64,000 nt of DNA. Origin: Patescibacteria group bacterium (lineage in GTDB: Bacteria; Patescibacteriota; Patescibacteriia; UBA2591; JAQUPP01). A program made the position numbers and the translations under genes. The notes beneath the pieces were generated by a model that did not search any database, was not told where the DNA came from, and worked only from the letters and a program-made list of their open reading frames with translations. The stretch spans positions 30,322 to 94,321 of the forward strand of contig JAQUOF010000001.1 of the NCBI GenBank assembly GCA_028717225.1. Direction: 5' to 3'. This document shows, in pieces, positions 1-8,900 of the stretch. Each line of letters starts with the position of its first letter. The stretch's first letter is position 1.

Positions 1-2050
1 CCTTATCAATAGATTCTGTGCCGATATCCAAATATAGTTTATTAATTTCCGATTCTTTCCAGGCCTTGATTCCTTCTGATTTTTTAACCAAAGATTCTTC
101 ACCTAATAAATCTATTTTTTCTTTTATTTTTTGGACGGCTTGTTCAGAACTGCCCCAACGTCGAAAATCCTGAAGGGTAACGCCCTGTAATTCTTCAATT
201 GGACCGGAAACGCGTGGAGTAACTTTAATTTCTTCCATTTTAGACATTGCCGGTTCGCGAGGCGGCCGATGAATAAAAATTTCCGCCTGAGGTTGAGGTT
301 TAATTTCTTTCTTGATTTCTTCAATTTTAGGTTCTTTAATAATTGGTTTAGGTTCTTCTTTGGGCAATTCTTTAATCGGCAGCTTAAATTTATCTTCCGC
401 GTCTTCGTCAAGAACAAAAAGTGAATCTTCTGCCGGCAATTGATCAAGTTCTTTTAAAACACCTGTAATTTCTTCCGGACCGGAAATTTCTTCTTTCTTT
501 AAAATTTCAACGGGTAAATCTGTTTTGGGTTTTTCAACAACCGCAGTAAATAAATTTGGCGCTGTTTTCTTATCCTCCGCAGCCTTAATAAAAGAGGGTT
601 CTTCAATTTTCTTTTCAAAAACAGGCGGAAGAACCGGTTTAATTTCCGGTATAACAGGTTGATTTTCTTTAATCTGTATGTCACCTTGTCCGCGTAAGTC
701 TGTGTTCTTGTCCGCGTAAGTCTGTGTCATGGGCTGAGGTTTTTTAATAATCGGTGCCGGTTGTTCTAAAACCGGTGTTTTCAATGTTTCTTGTTCAAAT
801 TTTTCTTTTAATAATTTCTCTTTTGTTTCTTCAGGTTGAGGAAGAAATTTTTCTTCTTCCATTTTAGGCAAAGAAGAAACCGGTTTTATTTCAGGAACTG
901 TTTTTTCCGCCGGTTTTTCCATTCGGGTAAATTTTTGAATTGTTTCTTCCGGCTGTTTTAATCCTTCAGCCAATTCAATTTGAGGAATATTGCCCATTGG
1001 TTCAACTTTAATCATTGGTTTTTCTTGTTTTAATATATCCATCACTTTATCAACTGTTGTTTCGTCCAATTCCACGCCGCCGATTTTTTGCGGCCTTTTT
1101 AAAACAATTCTTGTTTCAATTTCTCCGCGCACTTCTCTTAAATAAGAAAAGACGACATTTTTAAAACGTTTTTCCAATATTTCATCGGGAAAAGTCAAGC
1201 CAACCTTGGTAATCGCAGTGTCCACGGCTTGATTAATATTAATTGGCGGTGCCATAACTTGTTGTTTTTTTAATTTTTCAATTTCGTCGTCAAAACTTTT
1301 TAAAGGAGATATTTCCTCACTGCTTGAATTGGCTGTTTTGTTAATTTTGCGAGGCATTATGTCAACTAAACGATTATTTTGGATTATCTGAAGCGTGCCT
1401 TTGTCGGTAACGAAAGTTAAATCATCCGCAAAAGCTTGGGGAGACTTGGAATCAATTTTAAAATATTCATAAATGCCGAATAATTTTTCCAAAACCGCCC
1501 TATTTTGAGGGGATAACCCGGAAAGATGCTTCATAAAATATTCCGCTTGTTTTATATTACTAATCTCTTCCGCGCCCAAAATTTGATGATAATCATTAAG
1601 ATAATTGGCGATGGTTTTTCTGTTTTTCTCTTCCATCTCTTCGGGAAATAATATTTGATTGTTAGAATTTAAAGCATTCATCAATTCTTTTTTAATTGAA
1701 TCCCGACCCCAAGGATTGAAAGAAATAAGAGACGATTTTAATTGAGATAAAACCGGCAAATCGGAAATTTTCAAAGCTGCGGCTAAATTATATTGCAAAA
1801 AATCGGCGATTTCCTGAACATTTAATCTCTGCATGGCGACGCATTTTAATCCGCTGATTAAATCTTTATATTCTTCATTTAAATCAGGATCCAACTGGCT
1901 TCGGGATAAAGCTTTTTCCAAAGCTCCGGCCAATTGTTTGGCTTTTTTATTTTCTAAATAAAAAATAATCTCTTGGACTTCTTTTTGAAGTTCTTCCTTG
2001 AATTCCGGATTATTTAATTGTTCTGAATTAATTTGATCCTGATTAATCAT
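1..2050 (-). CDS. Hypothetical protein, partial (C-terminus beyond window start); Pro/Glu/Lys-rich central and C-terminal region
   Basis: ATG at 2048-2050 with no in-frame stop down to position 2; 12 bp downstream of the 908-aa membrane protein gene on the same strand; no recognisable catalytic motif; the tracked overlapping ORFs 124..447 and 499..684 are in other frames. Confidence 0.5.
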   Translation of the reverse strand, partial: MINQDQINSEQLNNPEFKEELQKEVQEIIFYLENKKAKQLAGALEKALSRSQLDPDLNEEYKDLISGLKCVAMQRLNVQEIADFLQYNLAAALKISDLPVLSQLKSSLISFNPWGRDSIKKELMNALNSNNQILFPEEMEEKNRKTIANYLNDYHQILGAEEISNIKQAEYFMKHLSGLSPQNRAVLEKLFGIYEYFKIDSKSPQAFADDLTFVTDKGTLQIIQNNRLVDIMPRKINKTANSSSEEISPLKSFDDEIEKLKKQQVMAPPININQAVDTAITKVGLTFPDEILEKRFKNVVFSYLREVRGEIETRIVLKRPQKIGGVELDETTVDKVMDILKQEKPMIKVEPMGNIPQIELAEGLKQPEETIQKFTRMEKPAEKTVPEIKPVSSLPKMEEEKFLPQPEETKEKLLKEKFEQETLKTPVLEQPAPIIKKPQPMTQTYADKNTDLRGQGDIQIKENQPVIPEIKPVLPPVFEKKIEEPSFIKAAEDKKTAPNLFTAVVEKPKTDLPVEILKKEEISGPEEITGVLKELDQLPAEDSLFVLDEDAEDKFKLPIKELPKEEPKPIIKEPKIEEIKKEIKPQPQAEIFIHRPPREPAMSKMEEIKVTPRVSGPIEELQGVTLQDFRRWGSSEQAVQKIKEKIDLLGEESLVKKSEGIKAWKESEINKLYLDIGTESIDK
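685..728. repeat. Perfect tandem duplication of a 22-bp unit (CTTGTCCGCGTAAGTCTGTGTY) inside the partial CDS
   Basis: Units 685-706 and 707-728 differ only at the last base; locally GC-rich; the two copies are read in different frames (TQTYADK vs TDLRGQG). Confidence 0.7.
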
Positions 2051-2062
2051 GGGTTAAAATGT

Positions 2063-4789
2063 TTAAGGTTTTGGTCTTTTAATTAATCCTGCTTGTATTT
2101 TAAGCTCATCAATAAATTCCTTAATCAATTTTGCCTGATCTTTAGGTACACCCGGTATACCATTTTCTATTTCTTTAGTATAAGCTGCCATTTGTTGTAA
2201 TACACTTTCAGTGGTTAATCTTTTCAGAGTATCGGGTCTGATTCTCTGAATTTGTCTTATATCAAGTTCCTGAACAGTATCTAAATATTTTTTTCCGGCA
2301 TTATGTAAAGAGGCGCCCTTACCAAATTGATCTTCGGTTATTAAAGTATCAGCATGTAAACCCCTCATCATATTTTGCGGCTCTACCTGATTCATTTTTG
2401 CGACAGTTACTCTTGCCCATTGATCATCTATGTCTAAATTGCCCTTTGCTAATTCTTCTTTGTTTACTCCTCCAATTTTAGCCATACCTGTTACCGAATC
2501 AATTGTAGCCATACCGGCCATTTGATGCTGGCCTGCCATAGCGCCAATAGAGCCCACTCTTGATATTGCTCGGCTGGTTTCCATATCGCCAAGGCGAGCC
2601 ACGTCTTTAAATATATGTTCAAAAAAATCCTTAACAGCTACCGGATTAACAGGATTTTTTTCAAAAGACGCAACAGCGTTTTCTCCGCCATTTGATCCAT
2701 ATTCCGAAGTGCCATATTTTTTAGCCAATATCTTTTTTGTTTCCGCCTGAATATAAGGATCTAACATTAAAGTATTTGTGCCGTTAACCTTGGCTAACAT
2801 TTCTATTGCCGCAATTAATTTATCTTCATCTTTGGTTACTAAAGCTTTTTTAACTTCTTCAACCAATAATGTTTCTTCGCCGCCGGTTGTCAACTGCAAT
2901 TCTTTTTGTTTTTCCGCCTGTCTCTGTCTGGCTCCATATTCAGCCAAAGGCGTTCTTTCTTGTTCTCTGCCCAAAGATCCATAAGTATTATATCTTAAGG
3001 CAGAAATTTTTTGAGCATATTCATTACTTTCTTTTAAAAGGTCAAGTTGAGTTTTTTCTCTATCACCCAATTCTTGTTTTTTTGTGTCTATTTCTTTATT
3101 TTCTTCCGGTTCTTTATTTTGCATCCAATGTGCTAAATCCCGTCGCCCCGTGGATGTGTTAAAATCATACCTCTCGCCAGTCTCTCGTTGGCACCAATTA
3201 GCCATGGCTTCTAACTCAATTTTATCATCAGCTGTATTAGTACCATCCATAAGTTTACCAGAGAGTTCGTTTCTTCTTGCTAATGCATTTGTTAAATTCT
3301 CTATTACTATTTTTAAATTTTTCATTTCGTTATTATTTTTTGACATTTCATCATCTGCTGTTTTTTTCTTATCCGCTAATTCTTTTTGTTTACCCTTCGA
3401 TCCTGTTAATAAGTCTCCCACTTTTTTACCCCAATGGCCCGGATCCATCGCCTTGTCAATAGCTGTACCAAGCGGTCTTGATGCAAGCTCAATACTATCT
3501 TTTTCTCTCCTAATACTTTCTGCTTGACGCAATTTCCATGCCGCCACACCGGATTGAACACTTATACCCTCCCATTGTTTAGCACCAAACATTCGGCCAA
3601 CGCCTCTTGTGGTGTTTAATAATCCTTGATCAAGTTTCCTTAATCCTAATTTGCTCGCTCCGGAAGCAAAATTTTGCATTCCTTTCACTCCCTGACCAGC
3701 CAATTGCGAGCCGGCCACGCCGAGCTGTTGAGCAACCATTAAAGAGCCAACCAACATGGCAATGCCGATTATAAAATTCAAAACATATTGCGGTTGGCCG
3801 GTTTCAGAAATAGACGCCGCCAAATTTCCTTCGCCGGATGCTCCTTTTAATGCATCTTGGCCAATAGCAGTAGCTCTTTCTTCGGTAACCATTGTTTTAT
3901 ATATCGTGCCTCCCTGGTCTTGAACAACCGCCAAAGAAAGCCAAAGCATAAAAGCCATAGCCGGTCCGACGATCAATTCATTGGAAAATTTCTTCCACCA
4001 TTGATCAGCATGGCCCTTGCCCATTGGAAAAAGAGGAGCCACAAAAATCAAGGGCGAGAGAAGAATTAAAAACCAAAGCGTCACAATTCTCATTACTAAA
4101 ATTATTGTAATAATACCAATCACGAAAAGCGCCACTCCAACCATAATCAATCCCAGAATCAAAGCTCCAAAAACCTCAAAACCATTAATATCCGCACCGG
4201 TAATTGAATCTCTAAAAGACAATATTTTACTTAGTCCCAACATTTCAGCAAAATTTCCTTCTGCCGCCGTTTTGAAAGCATTAACAAAAGTCAGCATTAT
4301 AATTTGAGAAATATCAATCAAAAATCCGCAAATAAATTTTGAAAAGTTAACCAAAACCGCCGCCATTACCAATTTCCCTAAAAGTTTTTTGTAAGAATAA
4401 TTTTCAATTTTTAAAACCGTGCAAAAAGCGATTATTAAAAGAGCCAGGATAAAAGACATATTGCAGATGTCTCGGATAATAATCCATCCCTTAGAAACCG
4501 CCGGTGAATTTATAAAATCATTATATTGGGCAACCCAGACCAAAAGACGGATAATAACGATTAAAAGTTTCGCCAATACACTGATAAAGAAAAGAATCGG
4601 CCAGCTTAAAATTTGTAAAACCCCTGATCTTATATCTGACCCCGCTGATGACGCAGACATTGTTGCATCAACTTGTCCAACTTGCGCATTAACCTGATAA
4701 AAAGCGCAGAAAGACATAACTAAAACCAGCCCCAATAAAATGGGGATGATAATTTTCTTTTTTGTTGATATGCGGCGTAAAAAACGCAT
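2063..4789 (-). CDS. Large polytopic membrane protein, VirB6/TrbL-like (putative), with long hydrophilic C-terminal tail
   Basis: 908 aa; N-terminal signal-like segment, then about 6-8 hydrophobic helices in the first ~300 aa, then a ~600-aa charged coiled-coil-like tail; architecture resembles TrbL/VirB6 proteins with C-terminal extensions; assignment made by eye. Confidence 0.45.
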   Translation of the reverse strand: MRFLRRISTKKKIIIPILLGLVLVMSFCAFYQVNAQVGQVDATMSASSAGSDIRSGVLQILSWPILFFISVLAKLLIVIIRLLVWVAQYNDFINSPAVSKGWIIIRDICNMSFILALLIIAFCTVLKIENYSYKKLLGKLVMAAVLVNFSKFICGFLIDISQIIMLTFVNAFKTAAEGNFAEMLGLSKILSFRDSITGADINGFEVFGALILGLIMVGVALFVIGIITIILVMRIVTLWFLILLSPLIFVAPLFPMGKGHADQWWKKFSNELIVGPAMAFMLWLSLAVVQDQGGTIYKTMVTEERATAIGQDALKGASGEGNLAASISETGQPQYVLNFIIGIAMLVGSLMVAQQLGVAGSQLAGQGVKGMQNFASGASKLGLRKLDQGLLNTTRGVGRMFGAKQWEGISVQSGVAAWKLRQAESIRREKDSIELASRPLGTAIDKAMDPGHWGKKVGDLLTGSKGKQKELADKKKTADDEMSKNNNEMKNLKIVIENLTNALARRNELSGKLMDGTNTADDKIELEAMANWCQRETGERYDFNTSTGRRDLAHWMQNKEPEENKEIDTKKQELGDREKTQLDLLKESNEYAQKISALRYNTYGSLGREQERTPLAEYGARQRQAEKQKELQLTTGGEETLLVEEVKKALVTKDEDKLIAAIEMLAKVNGTNTLMLDPYIQAETKKILAKKYGTSEYGSNGGENAVASFEKNPVNPVAVKDFFEHIFKDVARLGDMETSRAISRVGSIGAMAGQHQMAGMATIDSVTGMAKIGGVNKEELAKGNLDIDDQWARVTVAKMNQVEPQNMMRGLHADTLITEDQFGKGASLHNAGKKYLDTVQELDIRQIQRIRPDTLKRLTTESVLQQMAAYTKEIENGIPGVPKDQAKLIKEFIDELKIQAGLIKRPKP

Positions 4790-4907
4790 AAAAATCAGCT
4801 TGTTAGAAATTAGCTTGTTAGCTTTTTAGGGTTTCCGGAGGTCTGACCTCCAACGAATTTTGCTTACCAACTTAGTTAGCTTATTTGCTTACCAGCTTAT
4901 TTGGTCT

Positions 4908-4945
4908 TGACAAAAGGCGAAAAATGTGATAAAGTATTATATAGT
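4908..4945 (+). promoter_or_regulatory. Sigma70-like promoter (TTGACA -35; extended TGnGATAAAGT -10 region) for the secreted CTD protein
   Basis: TTGACA at 4908-4913, roughly 17-bp spacer, A/T-rich -10; followed by strong SD AGGGGGAAAG before the ATG at 4979. Confidence 0.4.
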
Positions 4946-4978
4946 TGAACAATAACGTTTAACTCAATAGGGGGAAAG

Positions 4979-5866
4979 ATGAAAAGCTCTTTAAAAATTT
5001 TTTTAGTTATAGTTTCAATAGTATTTTCCAGTTCGATTTTTGGACAAACAGTTTGCGGTTGGGTTCCGATAGATTCAAGTAACGCATCTGAAGCACTGAA
5101 AAACAAATTGTCATATTATACGGGAAATTTTCGAGATCGTGGATTTACAAGAATCTCGGATGATCACAGCCCATGGAATAACAGTCAAAGTTCTATTGAA
5201 TTTGCCGACACCTCTACTTCCGGACATGGGTCAATGCTTTTTTCAAAAGCATTTAATCTGAACGTTGGCGATTCCTTCCGACTTTATCTTGACATAAAAG
5301 GTTCCCCTGCAGATTCTGTTTATATTGAATTATTTATGGTCTCAAATGGAAAATTCTATGAAGGTGGTTGTGGCTCCCATTTTTTGTCTACTGAGTGGAA
5401 ACAAGGGGTTGATTTTGGAACCTTTTTACCATCGGGGAATGGACCACGCGCAACAAGAATTGATACTGTAACCTTGGCTATCGTGTATAATTCTGATAAT
5501 CCTCAATTTCCTTTTAACGGCAAGTTTGATAATTTTACTTATAAAACTTGGAATAATGGAAATGAGGTGGTTTTGGACTCAATGGGAGAAAACCAAGCGG
5601 TGGAAGAGGAACATGGGACATTGAACATTGAACATGGAATAAAAGTTTTTCCAAATCCATTTTGCCAATCTTTACTGATTACCGGAGCATCGGATAAATC
5701 AGACATTAAAGTGTATGACAAAACCGGTAAACTGGTAAAATCAATTAATGATTTTACTTGGGATGGACGAGATGAAAAAGGAAATAAGTGTTCAAATGGA
5801 ATGTACTTCTTAAAGGTTAAGACAGAAAATAGAACTATAACTGAGAAAGTTTTGTTAATAAGATGA
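4979..5866 (+). CDS. Secreted protein with C-terminal T9SS-type sorting-domain-like (Por_Secre_tail / FlgD-Ig-like) module
   Basis: N-terminal signal peptide MKSSLKIFLVIVSIVFSSSIFGQ; C-terminal ~75 aa (VFPNPF...IKVYDKTGKLV...FTWDGRDEKGNKCSNGMYFLKVKTENRTITEKVLLIR) matches the classic T9SS CTD pattern. Confidence 0.6.
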   Translation: MKSSLKIFLVIVSIVFSSSIFGQTVCGWVPIDSSNASEALKNKLSYYTGNFRDRGFTRISDDHSPWNNSQSSIEFADTSTSGHGSMLFSKAFNLNVGDSFRLYLDIKGSPADSVYIELFMVSNGKFYEGGCGSHFLSTEWKQGVDFGTFLPSGNGPRATRIDTVTLAIVYNSDNPQFPFNGKFDNFTYKTWNNGNEVVLDSMGENQAVEEEHGTLNIEHGIKVFPNPFCQSLLITGASDKSDIKVYDKTGKLVKSINDFTWDGRDEKGNKCSNGMYFLKVKTENRTITEKVLLIR

Positions 5867-5882
5867 AAATAAGTTTCATCAC

Positions 5883-5912
5883 GGGGCAGGCCTAAAACCT
5901 GCCCTTTTTTTA
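5883..5912. terminator. Bidirectional intrinsic terminator between convergent genes
   Basis: GGGCAGG-loop-CCTGCCC hairpin followed by a T-run; sits between the stop at 5866 (+) and the stop at 5915 (-). Confidence 0.7.
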
Positions 5913-5914
5913 TT

Positions 5915-8900
5915 TTAAGGTATAATTTTAATCAATCCTTGAAATGAAACATTTGTTGTTTTTCCCCAATTGTCCGTAATTGAAACCTTTGGCTGGAAAC
6001 AACAAGCATTGGAACACCCGAATTTATTCCAACCCGAACCACCGGAGGCGCAAGAATAAATATGATTAAATTGAAAATAATTATTTGTACAAGCATTAGG
6101 AGTATCGCCAAAATTATCGCAAGTTAGATTATCAGCGCAACAAACCGGTTTATGATTTTTGGCCATTACCAAATATGGATTTGGCTGAATAACATCGCCC
6201 CAGTCAATGGTAATGTTGCGAATCGGCATTTGGTCTTTATCCGCCCAGGCATAAAATTTCAAAACCGCCAAATAAGATTGGGAACGAGTAATATCTTCAT
6301 TGTCAACATCGCCAATGGTTATTTTATCTAAATTACCGTTCTGACATTGACCTTTTTCAGTACAATTAACAGAAACAATTTGTGGACTTTTAATATCAGA
6401 TGGACTATTTAAACTTGTATTAGTTCGTTGATATGTATAATCTAAACCGGGATGTATTTCACAAATATCTCCCACATTTTTTCCAACACATGAACCCGTA
6501 GTGGAACAGGTAAGATTACCGCAAGTGTAATAAGTGGCCGGTTCTGAACAATCTTGACTGCTTAATTGGCAAGTATTATCCTTTTTTGGACCATCTTCAC
6601 AAATTCCATTTCCACATGTTCCTGCCATAAAACAATCATCGTCGGTTTTACACGAATGATTAGCCCCTGAACATATCCCAATACAATCATGAGAAATAAC
6701 AGATGTTTTCTCTCCACAATTTTCATCAGTTAAACAATTATTGTTTTGATTTAGACCGTCCTGACATTTCCTTTGACAAACACCGGGAAAAATATAATTA
6801 TAAATTGAATAAGATGTAGTAAAAAGTTTTTGTAAAGGGGTTATGGATGAATATATAGAAGATGAATCAACCATATTATCTCCGCAACCGCTGGCAGAAG
6901 TGATATAAGCTGATTGGTCCCAACTACCAAGTGCTCCCCAGGGCTGACATTGGGAATCAGTTTTATTATTTGCATCCATGGTAGTATATATTTTACTGTC
7001 TATTGGATCATTATAATAATTTTTAATATTATTTACTCTATTAGTAAAAGCTTTGGTCATATTTTGATCCTCCTCGTTAGCTATTTTTACAACTTGACCG
7101 CAACCTGTATTAAAATTTATAGTAATCCCTGCGACTCCAAATCCACCGTCATCAGCACTTCCATCACAGCTAGAAAGATTAAAACCAGTTAATTTATTAC
7201 TCTCGTCAAATAGAACCGTAATATCTACATAATCAGCGCCTTTTTTCCAGCTTGCTTTCCAATTAGGATTATTTGCCTTAATTGTTGTATTTGCATCCCA
7301 GCCGCTTCTATGCCCCAAACCACACCAGTCACTATCGCTTTTTAAATTAAAATCTATACTTGCAATATCATTTTTATAATAATTAAAAGTTTCTTCATAT
7401 GTCCATGTATCCGTACACGAAGGACAAGTCGGATTATCTCCATCATTTATATCATAACACTTGTACGCCAACCCTTCTCCCCACTGAGCACAGGAACCGC
7501 TAGCTGTTACGTCCTTGGCATTTGTAATTGGATTTGATTTTGCAGAAGGGATAATTTTTTTAGTACAATACCATTCTCTGTCATTGGCGGCTTGGTAACC
7601 GGCAGAAAGAAATTGATTATAAATATCCGGGTCGCCGGTTGGTTGTCCAGGCCACCAAGTAATACAAGCATTCACATCTGTTGGTTTTGACGGATCCGGT
7701 TCCAAACAAAAACCTCGCAAACCAATCGCGTTTGTTTTTTTAGTTAGAAGCGTCCAAGTATTCCCCGTAGCGGCGCTAGATTTGCCTTCACAACTTTCTT
7801 TGGTTGTATCTGAAGTTTCGCTGCCATTACTACCAATACAAATACTGTCTCCAGCTAAACTTTCTGAATTATAATATTTTGTCGTTCCGCCATAAACAGC
7901 CTTAGTATAGCTGCATTGGCAATCTTTTTGGTCGCCGGCCCCATTAGTAGCATCACTGCAAACATTAACATCAGAATAATAAGGCGCGCCTCCATTGGCA
8001 TTATTACCTTTGAATGGAGAATCTTTTTCCGGATAAGCTCGGCAGGTTTTGGCAATTGTAAGTTTTGCTAAATCAGTTGAACTTATAATGCTATCTGGTT
8101 GTATCGATGATTTAAGTTTGATTCCGTTAACTCCATAAACATCTCCCAGAGCATTAACATAACTTAATCTATAACCCAAATTATTATTTGCATCTACATA
8201 TTCCTTGGCTGTTAATCTTTCAATCGGATACATATTATAAATTGAGTGTCCGGCATAATCCATTCCGCTCCAAGAAACATCTCGGTCTTGATATATATTT
8301 TCAGTTAAAACCGCCGGGTTCTGTTCCCAAATTAAATGTCCGCATTGATTTGTGTTTCCGCTGCCGATTAATTTATCGCAACGTCCAACTGCTTCGCAAA
8401 TATCTTTATAAGAACCGCTGTTTGTATCCCATTCGGAACGCGAGCTGGTGCAAGTAAGCCATTCGCCGCAAGTTCTATCTTGTCGCACTTTGAGAATTAT
8501 ATTCGCGTCATTTGTGGTCTGGCCGTTTGGTAAACAATATTTTGTGTAATCTTCACTACCTTCTTTTGCGCAATTAACCGGCGAAACTAATTCATATTTT
8601 GGATTAGTCGCTTCTGATTTTTTATAAGTGGCAAAAGTATTATAAGTAGCCGAACCCTGGCTGTTATCTAATAAAAGAATACAGCCTTGTTTTTGTGAAA
8701 CATTTCCTTGGCAAGAAGATTGATCTAATTTTCCGTCATCAAGATAATAATATGGTTGAGGCGTGAATTCAATAATTTGTAAATTATCTACATTAACTTT
8801 ATCATTATTGCCTTGCGTATCATCCGCAATAACAAAAATTCTTAAATTTGTAACATTGGAATCTACTTTTTCATATCGCCAGGCCGAGAACCATTCATTT

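Noticed and set aside
124-684. Tracked minus-strand ORFs 124..447 and 499..684 (basic, low-complexity translations)
   Set aside because: They lie in alternative frames inside the long minus-strand ORF that runs from 2050 to the window edge. The 499..684 ORF begins with GTG. Their lysine/arginine-rich low-complexity products are typical of out-of-frame reading of AT-rich coding DNA.
2778-4697. Several plus-strand ORFs (2778..2984, 2869..3162, 3084..3527, 4017..4307, 4419..4697 etc.) inside the 908-aa membrane protein gene
   Set aside because: They are antisense to a long, coherent membrane-protein ORF and give Ser/Leu/Phe-rich junk translations with no start context.
4979-5866. Presence of a type IX secretion system
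   Set aside because: Only the cargo-type C-terminal domains are seen. No T9SS machinery genes are present in the window, and the genome style argues against a Bacteroidota-type envelope, so the feature is reported as a CTD-like domain only.
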